Assembly: GCA_026936335.1 (NCBI GenBank)
Contig: JAPMXV010000046.1
Location: 124,001 to 188,000 of the forward strand
Length of the DNA: 64,000 nt
Direction of reading: 5' to 3'
Source of the DNA: Mantamonas sphyraenae STR306
Taxonomy: Eukaryota > Protista > CRuMs
In this document: piece by piece, positions 44,477-57,092 of the stretch
Position numbering within the stretch: position 1 is the first letter of the stretch
Layout: every line of letters begins with the position of its first letter
Position numbers and translations under genes: made by a program
Notes under the pieces: model-generated
Told to the model about the DNA's origin: nothing
The model's input: the letters and a program-made list of their open reading frames with translations, nothing else
The model's database searches: none

Positions 44477-47400
44477 TCACTTTTCAACGCGTGCACGCTT
44501 GCTGCTGTGCTCCGCTTGCACAATGTCGTCGTCGTCTTCGTCGTCATCATCATCTTCGTCTTCTTCTTCACCATCGTTGCTGTCGGTGACACTGATCTTT
44601 GGAAGCTTTTGGAACTTGCGAGAGAGCGAGTCTCGCTTGCGCTTGCCTCCGGTGGCGTCGGCGTCGCTGAAGCTCAGTTTCTGCTTCTTGCTCTGGTTGC
44701 GCAAGCGGTTGTTCAACGACTGGTACGTGGCACGTGTGGGAGACTCGGTGCGGTCATTCGTAAAAGCAAACAGCTGCTGTGTAAGCGGGGTCATCTGCAC
44801 GGTGCCACCAGGGGTGAGCACGGTGGACGTAGCCGGCTTGGGGTTTGGAGTGCGCCTTCCCTGCGTCGCTGTCGTGTTGGTGATGCTGCGAGGCGAAATG
44901 TACAGGTTGTGGTTGGCAGACACTCGCTGCATGGGCGAGGTGATGCCGCTGGGAGACAGGATGCTGGAGCTCGTGCTGCTGCCCTGCACGACGCTGCCTT
45001 GGGTGCGGTTGGTGATTTCCGCCAGTCGCTTCTTCATGGACGGGATGTACGTGGAGTTGTAGAAGCGAATGATGTCGCACTTGGCTTCGCCCTCGCCCAT
45101 ATCCACCTCGCGGTACACACGCGACGACGCCTGCGGCATTTGCCTGTACTTCTCAATGATTCCCTTGAACGTCATGCTGAGTCCAGAAATCTTGGCCACT
45201 CCGTATACGGTGCACATCAGGATCTGGTCCAGGTGGCGGTTGCGCATCAGCTCGGTGCGGTGTCCAAGAGCATACATCATTGCTGCCCACATGCAGTCAA
45301 AGTGGTTTTGGCTCACGTCCAGCTCGGCCGTCATCTCCTGCAGTCGATGCCAGGCCAGGAACTCCACCTTGCGCAGAAACATCTCCAGCGACAGTTGGTG
45401 TTTGCTCAGCTTGCGCCGCTGCGTGCCTCCGGGTGTCAGCGAGGCCACGTTTGCGCCGCCTGCGCCTCCAGCAGGGGGGCGGCCTCGCATGGGCGAGGAA
45501 AAGATGTGGAAAGCCGACTGTCGCAAAGGCGTGCGAGGCATGCCCTGTGGCCTGCTTGGCTGACCTGCCGCAGGTGTCTGGAAGCGCAGCTCCTCCTCTT
45601 GCATCTCTGCGTGCTTGGCCATATGTTCGTACACGGGCGAGTCGCGCGTCCATGCGTACTGCTGCAGAATGAGCTCCTCGATGGTTTGCAGGTGCTTGCT
45701 CATGGTGAACGGCAGGCCAGACATGTTCTTGATAAAGCTCTCGATGATGCGGTTAAACTCGTACGGGTGGATCTCAAACAACTCCACAATCCGCGGAAAT
45801 GCCAAGCTTTCGATCTTGTACGCGTACACCACTATTTCCATGCTGCATGCAAGCAGTGCCTTGTGGAACTGCTCGTTGTTGAGCAGCGAAGAGAATTTGC
45901 GGCTGTGAAGACGCTTCTCCTCTGCAATCAGTGTGTTCTCGAGCACACGGTAGTACAGACGTCGTCCGTATGCGTTGCGCATGTCCGACTTGTCACCAAA
46001 GTCCACCTCGGGGATCTCCAGCAGCTCGCTCAGCTTCTGCACACGGGCCACAATGTCGTCGTGCGGGTTCGGCTCGCAGTGCTCAAAGTACTCTACCAAC
46101 AGACTGCTCGGCTCGTCGCTGACACTGGCCAACGTTTCGCGCAGCCATCGCAACGACTGCATCGTCACTGTCACGGGCGTCTGCATCAGATGGGCCTTGT
46201 CCTTGTTCTTGCTTCCGCTGCTGCCTTCGCCGTCGCTGCCCGACGACACAGAGGACGATGACGATGACGATGATGATGATGATGATGAGGATGAGGATGA
46301 TGATGACGATGCATCGTTGCCCGGGCGCGGTGTGGGCGCAATTTGAGGGCTGTCGCACTGCAAAGAGGCTTTGCCCGAACGTGCGGTGTTGACTGCCAGC
46401 GCTGAGGACGAGGCCCGATTGAACTGGGAGCTCAGGTCACGCGCGGCGTTGCTGTTCATATGGTAGTAGTGGCGTGTGGACGAGACCTTGGAAGGGGTGC
46501 CGATTTGGTCGTTGCGCGAGACAAACTGGCGCTCGTCAAAGTCGCCCAGGGTGCGGAAGGCCATCTCGTACTTGCGGTCCAGGGATTGCAGGTTGCGTCC
46601 AAAGTAGTCGGTGAGGAATCCCGGCAGCTTGATGGGCTGCTCGCCAGAAAGATCGACGTTGCCTCCGCTCGAGGACGTGGAGCCCTTCCAGTGCAGGGTG
46701 TGCTTCTCGCACAGCTCCTTGATGTACGGAGTAAAATGCTCTCGCTCGATGGCGTGTACCTGTTCGTAGTCCAGCATGCCGTAGGCACACAGGCGCTGGA
46801 GGGCGTTGAGTGCACGCGTTGCTTCGTCGAGCTCGTTCTCCACCTCCTTGTTGGCCTCCTCGGCCTGAATCTCCATGTCACCTGCGCTTTCTGTGCTGCC
46901 TGCCGCTTCTGTGTTTCCAGAGGTGGTGGACACTGTGCTTGCGCTGCTTGCTGCTCGCCCAACAACCGGGAGCTCCGAGTCGTCCGATACATCCGTTTGC
47001 ACATCGTGCTCGTGCATGTCCTGTTCTTCCATCACGTCCACGCTCGATACGCTCATCATGCTGAGCGAGCTGGCCAAACGAGGTTCCTCTGGTGCGAGCT
47101 TGGCCGGCGGCGCTTTGAACATCATCGAGTTCTATGACACAGCGTGGGTGGATGTGATGTATGGGTCGAAGGGTGTCAGAAGCCAGTCTGTACGCGTCTA
47201 TGCTCTCCCAATCTTGGTTTGAGTCTACTTCCTACCTTGTACACAGTGTCAGGCACGTGCAGGAGCAGCCAGTCAAGACAACAGGCAAGCAGGCTGAAGC
47301 AGTTGACGAAATCAGGTGGATCTCGGATCAGATCGGCTGCAGAGCGGAACAGTGTGAGGTTGCGTGAGTGGCGAGGTTAGGGTGCATACTGAAAAAGACA

Positions 47401-48594
47401 CCATGCGGTGGTTGCTGAGAGTGGTGGCGGGTTTTGGCAACCGAACAGGTCGCGGCGGGCAACTCGGCGAGGGCTTACGCACATTTGCACACGAGAAAGA
47501 AGGTCCAGCCAAAGGAAAACAGCTGCTGCATGTAATCGGGTCGTCTGGGAGTCGAGCGCGCACGCATGGATGTCAGCAATTGGGTTTGGGCAGGAGTTGG
47601 ACACGAGCATCACTCTTTCGCGCGCAAAATCTCCCCGCTCGACCTACCCAGCCTGCGTGACGGCTACGCTGCGGCGCTCCATCATCGACGGCGTGTTGAA
47701 CACAAATTGGAACATCTTGTCGTACTTGGAAAACACGTAGGTGAGCAGCACAAACTTCTGCTCCAGGTTGCGGCGCTTGCGCTCGATGTCTCGGTCAAGA
47801 TTCAGCGCGCCAAACAAACACCTTGAGCTGCTCGAAAAAATCCACCAGTCTGGAGATGGGAAAGGGCCCCGTGCGACGCCCACGCGGCATGTGTGTCAGC
47901 AGGGCTTCTCTCGCACACCTTGTCCCGGCCCACTGCGTGCGTGTGTGGAGAGTACGGGCTGACACGTGCGGCCGTTTGCGCGGGAACCGAAATCAGGCAC
48001 TCACCGAATCTTGCACACCTCCAGCAGCGAAGTCAGCGAAATCAGGTTGCCAGGATTGAGCAAACGGCCCTGCATGTCTCGTGCGGGCCGGCTGGCCACG
48101 TAGAGGCCGCAGCAAACTACGCCTCGTTCGTTTTGCTCCTGCGTTTTGTGTGTCAGACAACGCCTTGAGCGAAATTTGGCGCGCTTCCGCCGCCCTTGTC
48201 CAATTTCCTTGCACGCATGTGCTTTCCGTTCTCCAGCCTCCCTGTACACACTCACGCCCACACTTACATCCTGGTGCAGCTCGAGACGGTCGTACGAGAG
48301 GAGCATGAGTTGCCATGCTCGCTGGTAGGACTCCTCGTCCAGATTGAGCGCGCTGCTGATGGTCGTGAAGCGGCTGTGCAGAGACACCAGGCCAGGATCG
48401 TTCACCTGTGCCATCTGCTCCACACTCGGCACGCTCGACAACCCATTGCTACTTGGTTTGCGTTCGCTGCCTTGCAAGTCTGCCTCCCTTTTCGCCTGTT
48501 TGCGAGCCGACGCCCGCCGCGAGCTCCGCCTCAACGTCGTCCCGCTGTCCTCCTCTTGTTCCATGGCATCGTCCTTTTCCTCAGTCGTCGACAT
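44477..48594 (-). CDS. RBR: Retinoblastoma-family pocket protein (RB/RBR), multi-exon
   Basis: TPVT..MQS.RWL, LYYRVLE..L..E, FHKALLACSMEIV, F.RIIESFI, KHL..IEE.IL...AW..DSP (RB_A). LMRNRHLDQILMCTVY, FKGII..YR.MPQ, DIIRFYN (RB_B). N-terminal SLTSLL and FVLLTYVFSKY exons. Confidence 0.95.
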
Positions 48595-48702
48595 TCTCTG
48601 TTCAGATGTGCCGTCTGCAGGTCTTCCGGGGGTGCGACGTTGGCTGCGCCGTCGCCACCAGCACCACCAGCACCACCAACACCTGCACACATTCTCGCCG
48701 AG

Positions 48703-50214
48703 ATGTCCGACTCCCAAGCAGTGACCACCAATGATGACTCTGTCGCATCATCTACTGCCAGTTCCATTGAAATCAACCAAGAGGACGTCCAGGAGTTCTT
48801 TGAAACTCAAACGCCTCCAGCCAATCTCGAGCAATCTGTCGAACGTCTCGCCGCGTTTGCGGCCTTCCATCTCGAGACCGGGCGAAAGATTGCCTGCGTC
48901 ACCAGCGGTGGCACTATTGTGCCGCTGGAGCAGAACACGGTCCGCTTCTTGGACAACTTTAGCCAGGGCACGCGTGGCGCAGCGTCCACAGAGTGAGTTC
49001 TTGGGCTTCCCCACACTCCCATTCGCCCACCCACGCCTTTGCTGACACACCACCATCTCGAAACGCCTCCCCACGGCCCCCAATCCAATGTTGCATGGAT
49101 CCACGCGTACAACCACACACAAAGACACTTTATCCAGGCAGGGTACGCCGTTGTGTTTCTTCATCGACGCTTCTCGCGCCAGCCGTTCTCCAGGCACTTT
49201 TCCCACCACGTGAACTGTTTCCTGGACTATCTGGAGACGGACGGCGAATCAGTGCATGGTAAGGAGGTGCACAGTGTGTCACCGTGCACCACAGCTGCAC
49301 CATTTCTACCCTCTTTTTGGTGCTAACAACGCTCGCTTCAACCTCGCCCAGTGTCGGGAAAGCCCTCGGATCTGGTCGAGGTGCTCCAGCAGTACAAGGA
49401 CATCCACAGCAAGAATCTTGTCCTTAACCTGGACTTTGTCTCTGTCACCGACTACCTCTTTCTGCTGCGAGCCACAGCCGAGGCGTACGTTTTTGTCCTT
49501 CTAGCTGCTGCTTGCTGGCCCTTTTCACCGTTTTGCTGACGCCCCGCACCCCGTACAGTCTCCAGCCCTTTGAAGAGCGTGCTCTCTTCTTCCTGGCGGC
49601 TGCTGTCTCGGATTACTACATCCCAGAGGCGGCAATGGTCAAGCACAAGATCCAGTCACGTGACACTCACCGATCCAACGGCCAGCCAGGTCTTATGCTC
49701 GACCTGTATCCTGTGCCCAAAATGCTGGGCATTCTCAGCCAAATCTGGGCCCCGAAGGCTCTCGTTGCCTCGTTCAAGCTCGAAACCGACGACACCCTTT
49801 TGCTTGGCAAAGCTCAGTGCGTTGATGCGCTCGTGCGCTCGTGTGTGCGGTGTACAACCCTCCTTGCTGTGCTAACACCCTTCCCTGTCCTGTTGGGATA
49901 TGTTTCCACCGTGTCTGTCTCCCGACCAGATCGTCCATCGAAAAGTACGGCGTCGATGTTGTGGTGGCAAATCTGTTGTCCACACGAAGCCGCGAGGTCC
50001 AGCTGGTCACCAAGGTGAGTTTTTGCAGGGTCCACCCTGCGCACACCGTTTGCATTTGTCGATGCTCACACTCGTTGAGGGTTTGGCACGTGCGTAGGAC
50101 GACATCCACAAGGTCACCAAGGAGGAAGAGGAGATCGAGCAGCCGCTCGTCACAACACTCGTTGCTCTGCACGACAGCCACATCGCCAGCGACGACGAAA
50201 AGACCACCGAATAG
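48703..50214 (+). CDS. PPCS: Phosphopantothenate-cysteine ligase, multi-exon
   Basis: VTSGGTIVPLEQNTVRFLDNFSQGTRGA.S.E, GYAVVFLHR, FLAAAVSDYY, HKIQS, VPKML, SFKLETD, VVANLL.TR. Confidence 0.93.
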
Positions 50215-50297
50215 AAGGGCTATCCCTCCACATTGATGCAGCCCCTGGAATGCATTCCCTGCACCTGTTTGCCCAACGCAATCTTGCCAACAGCCAA

Positions 50298-53264
50298 ATG
50301 TCGTCCCGCTCCCTGCCGCGAGAGGTCCTCAAGTGGATCCAAAGCCAGGATCTGAGCGTTTCTGTAAAGAACCCAAAGAGGTGAGTTGCCTGTGTGCTAG
50401 CGTGTTGCCTGTCCCTGTGTGCGCCTGCCCCGCCTGTGGCTGCTCACACGCCCGGTTTTCCTTCCTCGCAGGGACTTTGCAAACGGGTACATCGTCGCCG
50501 AGATTTTCTCCCGGTACTTTCCACAGGACATCAAGATGCACTCTTTCGAGAATGCCACGGCCTTGAAACGCAAGAAGGACAACTGGGAGCAGCTGAGCAA
50601 GTTCTTCACTCGCCGGTAGGTGTCCCGCCGCAGCCCGCCAGGAAGTGGAACGTTACGACCGCGTCCGCTCACACATTCTCCACCCTCGTGCACACCCAAT
50701 GCCTTTTAGAAACATCCCCATCAACGACGATCTCATTGAAGACTGCCTCTATAACCGGCCCAACAGCGGCGTCAACCTCATGGAACAGGTGTACACCCTT
50801 CTGACGGGCAAAACGTACGTGGCAGTTGGCGCGTCTCCTGCCTGCCCCGCCTCTCTCCACACCACCCCCTCCTTTCGCATCGTCCCTTGACGGGGCCCAT
50901 GCATCCATGCACCGCAATATCCGTACAACCTTCCCATCAGCCACCCACACTCACACACTCACCGCCGTCCACTCGCTGTCCACACCTACCGTTCTTCTTT
51001 GGCACAGCGTGAAAAAGGCTCCCAAGAAGAAGCAGTCCAATGACGACGACCTGCCTGCATTTGCCCGCCCCACTGCCAGCATGCGCATCAAGCAGTCCAT
51101 GAAGCAGACGGGCTCCACCGTTGACTCCAAGAAGCAGACCGAAAAGGCAAAAAGCGTGCTGGAAGAGCACAATCAGCTCCTCAAAACCGAACGCAACGTC
51201 GACACCTGTACGTAGCACGTCCGCGCAACTGTCCATCCCGTCCCGTGTTTCTCTTCATCCGCCTTCCGCCTTGCTTCCCCGCTTCTTTTGTACGTTCCTG
51301 TGGCTGACCCGACACCCGGTCTCCTTGCAGCCCGCTACGCAGTCTCTGGCCGCGTCACAGGGTTCCCAACAGCGCTGAAACAGCCGCGCAAGGTGGGCAA
51401 GCAGCTCAGTCAGGGCAATGACAACACACAAGTGCAGTTCCAACAGGTGGAAATCAAACAGCTCGGCGAAAAGAGCATCTCCGAGCTGCGCGTCAAGAAG
51501 GAGTTTGGCACAAGCCGCACCTCGCTTCAGTCGGGTTCTTCCTCTGCACGCCGTTCTGTTTCGGGTAGCGGTGGTGCTGGTGGACTTCCCATGGGCTCTG
51601 AGGCGCAGCTTGCCTCCTTTTCTGGCAGCCTGCCCCTGCTTACGGTCAACGATCTGCTCAACGGCGCCGTCGAGAGTCGCCTGGGCAACACCCAGATCTT
51701 CCAGACCTTTGATCCGCGCACTCCCTTCTTTGTGTCCTTCCTCAACAACATCCACGAGCTGGACAACGAGCTGGTGGCCGGCGTGTTCAACGACATTGTG
51801 CGCAAGGACGTGCTGGTGGACATCTGCCTGGCCAATCCGAAGGACTTTTGGCGCTTCGTTGCCATGATGTTCAAGCCTCTGTCGGGACACATGAACGAAG
51901 TGGCTCACGACCACGTGGAACAGGTGCTGTGCATTGTTGGCGAAAAGATGGTCTTTCGCGACGCACAGACCACCTGGGACCTCTTTGCCGACTTTGCCCT
52001 CGATCAGCTTTGCGATCTCATCAACCAGTATCCTGCACGCAGGCTTTCCTATCTCAAAATCGGCCTGTCCTTCTGTGTGCGCCAGGCCAACGCCCATTTC
52101 GCCTTTGTGCGCAAGCTCAAGGATTCGCTCACTGATCTTTCCACCCTCGTTGTCACCCTCAGCGCACTGCTTCTGTGCCAACCCAACCTCAACGAAGAAT
52201 ACGTCGATCTGCTGCTGTACTACGCCTCGCTGGGCCTGAAGCAACCGTCACCGACGACACGCGCGGCCTCGCTTCGTATCCTCACCTCGGTAGTGTCGCT
52301 GTACAACAGCCAGAGCATCGAGCGCTTCTTGGACGCGCTGGAGGTGAGCGCAGCCGATTCGTGGTGGCAGGTGCAGAGCGAACTGGTCATTTGCGCGACC
52401 ATGCTTCTGTACGACTACGCAAGCACGGCCGCATCGCAGGCGCAGGCCAGCAGCGGGGAGGCGCAAGGCAACGAGTTGGTAGGCATGAACGGTATGGACG
52501 AGGAGAGTCGAGCCAACTGCGAACGCATGCTGGGTGTAATCATGTCTGTGTTGGGCGACGCGACACAGGTCTCAAGCTCAGTGCAAGTGGTGGCACTGTC
52601 CAACCTGGCTTCCGTCATCGGCGTGTATCCGCAACTCAACGAGCTGTACATTGACAATCTGCTGTGCCTGCCGGACGTGATGCGCGCACAACTGCTGGGG
52701 CGTGCGCAGATCGACGAGCTGGGCATCCGCATTCTGGGCATGCACAATGTGTTTTACGAGGTCAAGGCTGTGGCGGAGCAGTGGGATGCCGTGGGCATGG
52801 TCACCGCCCTGGCCTCTCTCAGCAAGAAGCAGGAGCTGATGAACTTTGAGGTGGAGCACGTGGAGGTGCTCGCCGTCCTTGCCGAACTCCTCGACGACAA
52901 TCCCGAGGACGACGATACCCTCACCGAGGCCTTTGATGCCCTTAAGGACTACATCTACGTGTCCTTCTGCGATGAAGAGCTGTGCGAGCAGAGCATTGCC
53001 GTGTGCGACTCCCTGTTTGCTCGTCTGCAAGATCGTGTGCTGCCGACGTTCGAAAAGCGTTTGTTCAGTGTGCTGCGCATGCTGTTCCCCAACGGACCCG
53101 CCCAGTGCCAGGAACTCGTGGTCACCTGGCTCATTCAGCTGTACCATCGTGGCGGCTCGTTCCAGCAGGCCACGTTGGCCATTGTCAGCAAGCTGGCACA
53201 AATGTTTTCTGGTTCCGAGCCACCCCCTGTTCTTCAAGATCTGTTTGCCCAAGTGCTGCAATGA
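50298..53264 (+). CDS. SPATA4: SPATA4/SPEF1-type calponin-homology (CH_2) ciliary protein with long helical C-terminus, multi-exon
   Basis: LPREVLKWIQS.DLS..VKNPKRDFANGYIVAEIFSRYFP.DI.MHSFEN.T.L..KKDNWEQL. Confidence 0.8.
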
Positions 53265-53277
53265 ACGCGATTGGTGA

Positions 53278-55842
53278 TCAGAACTTGAATCCCAGATCCT
53301 CCGCCACCCGTTTCTCTGTCCCCTGCAGCGAGTTGCGCGATGCAGACTCGCCCGATGCGGTCTTGGTGCTGAAGGAACGTTCCACGTTGGCTATGCGTGG
53401 GCCTTGATACTGCTGCTGCTGCTGTTCTTGCTGCTGCTGCTTGGCTGTGGAACTGTCCTGGGGCAAATCCTCCTCCGGCAGGGCAAGACGCTCGATGTAG
53501 CCCATAAACTTGTGCTTGTCCTCTGTAGCAACACACAATATCACGATCTGGTTCACCTTGTCGACACCGTCGTCGGGGTTATCCTTGATAAGCTGCTGGA
53601 GGCCCAGGACAAAGCGTTTGTACAGGAGGGAACATGCTGCTTCTTTCTCCTCCTCAGGCATGTAGGTCCATTCGGGCAGACCTGCGTTGAGGATTTTGGG
53701 TCGCAGAGTCTTCAGGCCCTGCTGTGCTGCCTTGTCCAACAGTTCGCCCAGGCGGTCCTCGTCGGTCTTGCGCGGCTGCACGGGTCGGCTTGCGTCGCCA
53801 ATGATCTTTGAGACAAAGGCAAGAACAGCCGATGGGCCGTCCATGCGTTCGCCGAGTGCCACAACCTGGTTCAGTTTCTCGATAGCCTCGATGCTGTTGT
53901 CCTTGTCGTTTGCCATGCGCAGGAGGGCGTCGCAGAAGAAAAAGACAAGGGTGCGCCTTCGATGGTCGCTGCTAACACCATTGCCATCTTCGTTGCTCCA
54001 TTCCAAGGCCATGATCTGATCCACGAGGGAGTCGAGCACGCTGTGGTTTGCGATTTCCAGCTTGCCCTTGAGGAGGAGAGTCACCACCTCCTGCTTGCGC
54101 TGCAGGTACTCGATGGTGGCTGCGTGTGATTGCTTCTCCACAACCCTGCGTGTGGTGAGCGCCGTGAACGGATTGCCGTCCAACGACAGCTTCTGCAGCC
54201 GGGTCGATTGCAAACACAGGTCCTCAATGACCACAGGCACCGCGGTGAACTGGTTGTGAGACAGATCCAGCTCGACCAGAGTTGGGGCCAGTCGCTCGGC
54301 CAGGCGCGGGTGCACTGCCGTGAGCGAGTTGTGTGCCAGATCGAGCACTTTCAAGTTGGAAAAGGCCAGCGAAACAAGGGGAAACTCGCTCAGGGCATTG
54401 TTGTTGAGGTACAACTCTCGCACGAGAGTGAGTTTGGCCAGCTGTGTGGACACGGTATGAACATCGCTGTGGCTTGCGTCAAACATGGTCACCTCGGCAA
54501 ATGGAGGCGCGGCAAACGACACTTCGTCAGGCACAGTGCCCAGGCCGGCGACGTGGGACAGACTCAGACGCACATTTATGCCTCCTTTTGTGGCTTGGAT
54601 GGCATGCAGCACCTCGCGGTCGCGCAGGGCACGTTGCTGCTCCTCGCGCTCCAGGCGCTGCCGTTCCCTCACCACAGAAGCGTTCGAGGAGGAGGAAGAC
54701 GACGACGAGGATGATGATGATGAAGGTTGGACGCGAATGGATTCAGCGTCGTCGTCGCCTGTCCATGTGCCTTCCTGCTTGGCGCGCATCCGTCGCATCT
54801 TTCGGAAGAACTTGACGACGGCGACGGCGCCACCGTCGATGACCTCCTGTTTTGGTGTGCGCAGGCCGTAGTTGCCAAAGAGAAAGACTTCTTTCAGGTA
54901 GATGAGGTCGGCAAAGCTATCTGGGAGCTGGGTGAGGTCGTTGTTGCGGAGGTTGAGCTTCTCGAGGTTGACGAGGGCGACACCAAAGTTGTCGGGAAGG
55001 GTAGTGAGGGCATTGTCGCCAATAAGGAGGGTGGTGAGTCCCTTCATGTCGAGAACGGGTGAGGGAAACTCGGCAAAGCGGTTCTTGTTCAGGTTGAGAG
55101 TGGTAACCTGCTGCAGGAGGCTGAGCTCGTCGGGGAGCACTGAGAGGGCGTTGTCGGACAGGTCGATGTCGGTGAGGGTTTGCAGATCGGCGAGGTCGCC
55201 CACACTGGGTGGCAACTCGGCGATGTTTTGGCCGCGCAGAGTGAGTTCCTTCTTGAAGCCTACAAGCATGCGCTGGATGCTGTTCTCCACCTCTTCGGCC
55301 AAAAACATGGATTTGGGCTTGACGTGCAGGTGCAACGTGTCACCGTTCTTGATGTCGGGCACGCGGCCGATGGGGGTCGAGTCGTCGACGTACTCCTCGC
55401 CGTGTTTGAAGCGGAAACGGCGTGGATCCTGCTGGATGGATAAACGGATGACGACCTCGCGCACACACCGGTGTGATGTCCAGGACGGCACAAACTGGAA
55501 TGTTTTGCTGTCCATGCCACGCGTTGCGTCGCGGTTGATGCTGGCAAAACTGACTTTGAGTACCAGCAGGCGCTTGTACTCGAGAGCAACCTCTGTCTGG
55601 TCGACCATACCGAGGGATTTGACGGTTGCGTCCTCGTCGAGGATGTTGCCGTTGAGGTTGAACTGGAACTTGCTCGCGTCCTCCTTGAAGGAGCACTTTT
55701 CGCAGACCAACGCCAGAGCCTGCAGAACAGTGTGCTTCAGCGGCACCCGCACAAACTTGACCGTTGTACCGTTGGTGATACTGTCAGGAAGCCCCTGCAT
55801 ATTGACCTTGAGGGCCACGGCGTCCGAGCCTGAGCTGCTCAT
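53278..55842 (-). CDS. Leucine-rich-repeat protein with two N-terminal ubiquitin-like domains
   Basis: LxxLxLxxNxL repeats in two clusters. N-terminal FNLNGNILDEDATVKSLGM and FKHGEEYVDDSTPIGRV..IKNGDTLHL are Ubl-type. Confidence 0.8.
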   Translation of the reverse strand: MSSSGSDAVALKVNMQGLPDSITNGTTVKFVRVPLKHTVLQALALVCEKCSFKEDASKFQFNLNGNILDEDATVKSLGMVDQTEVALEYKRLLVLKVSFASINRDATRGMDSKTFQFVPSWTSHRCVREVVIRLSIQQDPRRFRFKHGEEYVDDSTPIGRVPDIKNGDTLHLHVKPKSMFLAEEVENSIQRMLVGFKKELTLRGQNIAELPPSVGDLADLQTLTDIDLSDNALSVLPDELSLLQQVTTLNLNKNRFAEFPSPVLDMKGLTTLLIGDNALTTLPDNFGVALVNLEKLNLRNNDLTQLPDSFADLIYLKEVFLFGNYGLRTPKQEVIDGGAVAVVKFFRKMRRMRAKQEGTWTGDDDAESIRVQPSSSSSSSSSSSSSNASVVRERQRLEREEQQRALRDREVLHAIQATKGGINVRLSLSHVAGLGTVPDEVSFAAPPFAEVTMFDASHSDVHTVSTQLAKLTLVRELYLNNNALSEFPLVSLAFSNLKVLDLAHNSLTAVHPRLAERLAPTLVELDLSHNQFTAVPVVIEDLCLQSTRLQKLSLDGNPFTALTTRRVVEKQSHAATIEYLQRKQEVVTLLLKGKLEIANHSVLDSLVDQIMALEWSNEDGNGVSSDHRRRTLVFFFCDALLRMANDKDNSIEAIEKLNQVVALGERMDGPSAVLAFVSKIIGDASRPVQPRKTDEDRLGELLDKAAQQGLKTLRPKILNAGLPEWTYMPEEEKEAACSLLYKRFVLGLQQLIKDNPDDGVDKVNQIVILCVATEDKHKFMGYIERLALPEEDLPQDSSTAKQQQQEQQQQQYQGPRIANVERSFSTKTASGESASRNSLQGTEKRVAEDLGFKF

Positions 55843-55904
55843 GGCAGAGGGCAGCAAACGGGGGTGGTGGAGGTGCCCTCGCCCGCGCAGGCCAATCCGA
55901 TCGT

Positions 55905-57050
55905 ATGGAATCCTCTGAAATGTCTGAATGGGGGTTGTTGACCGCGTGCTACACAGGCGTGGCTGTGCTGAGTATGGTGGTGCCTGGGCGGCAGGTGGTC
56001 GGCTACGTTCGTGACGCACACGGCCACCGCCTGCGCTACACTCTCAATGGCTTCCTCATCTTTTGCCTCTGCTCGGCAGGGTTTCTGCTGGGCCATCGCC
56101 TGGCATGGTGGGATGGCACTGTGTTTGCGCGGCAATTCTGGACGCTGACGGCTGAGGCGTGCGCGGTGGGCCTGCTGATCAGCGTGTGGTTGTTTGTTCT
56201 TGGCCCGCGTGCCTTCCTCAACGTTTCTGCACCCAAGGTGAACGCCGTTCACAATCACTGGCGCCAACAGCCGCCCAATGGCCTGGTACGCTTCCTCCAT
56301 GACTTCTTCTTCGGGTTCCGACTCAATCCACGTCCGCTGGGCCTGGACTTGAAGATGTGGCTGTATCTCGTGGGTGCGGTGATGATGGAGCTGGTGCTGC
56401 TGAGTGCTGCGTTGTTGCACCTCGAGCGTGCGGAAATGACGTGGGAGCTGCTAGCGTACGTGGGCATGCTGACATGGTTTGCCACCGAGTACTGCTTCTT
56501 TGAGCAGGTGCACCTGTTCACGTACGACTTGTTTGACGAGAATGTTGGCATGAAGTTGACATGGGGCTGTCTCTGCTTCTATCCCTTTTTCTACCAGGTG
56601 GGCGTGTGGCCGCTGGTGGAAGCACGTGGTGTAGGCACCCCGATGAGCAATGCCATCCCCTGGGAGGTGCCTGCTTCGATTGCGGTCTTTCTGTGCGGCT
56701 GGTGCATGACACGCGGGGCCAACCTGCAAAAGTTTGTCTTTAAAATCGACAGGGAGCGCACGTTTCTGGGCATGAAACCGCGTGCTTTGGGCGGTAAGCT
56801 GCTTTGCAGCGGCTTCTGGGCTCTGAGCCGCCACATCAACTACCTGGGCGAGATTCTGCAGGCTGTGGCGCTGGCCATGCCTGCTGGTCTCCATGGCCAC
56901 TGGACTCCGTGGCTGTATCCACTGTACTACGTGCTGCTGCTTCTTCCACGCGAGCGCGACGACCATGTGCGCTGCGCAGCAAAGTACGGCGCGCTCTGGG
57001 AGGAGTACTGCAAGAGGGTTCCCAGTCGCGTGATCCCGTGGATTTATTGA
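55905..57050 (+). CDS. ERG4/ERG24-family sterol reductase
   Basis: LRYTLNG, FFFG..LNPR, DLKM, G.KL.WG, GANLQK..FK, LLCSGFWALSRHINYLGE, R.RDD..RC..KYG..WEEYC.RVP.R.IP.IY. Confidence 0.9.
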   Translation: MESSEMSEWGLLTACYTGVAVLSMVVPGRQVVGYVRDAHGHRLRYTLNGFLIFCLCSAGFLLGHRLAWWDGTVFARQFWTLTAEACAVGLLISVWLFVLGPRAFLNVSAPKVNAVHNHWRQQPPNGLVRFLHDFFFGFRLNPRPLGLDLKMWLYLVGAVMMELVLLSAALLHLERAEMTWELLAYVGMLTWFATEYCFFEQVHLFTYDLFDENVGMKLTWGCLCFYPFFYQVGVWPLVEARGVGTPMSNAIPWEVPASIAVFLCGWCMTRGANLQKFVFKIDRERTFLGMKPRALGGKLLCSGFWALSRHINYLGEILQAVALAMPAGLHGHWTPWLYPLYYVLLLLPRERDDHVRCAAKYGALWEEYCKRVPSRVIPWIY

Positions 57051-57092
57051 TGACAAACAAGTGAAAGCGATAAAGCGATGTTTGTTTTCCCT

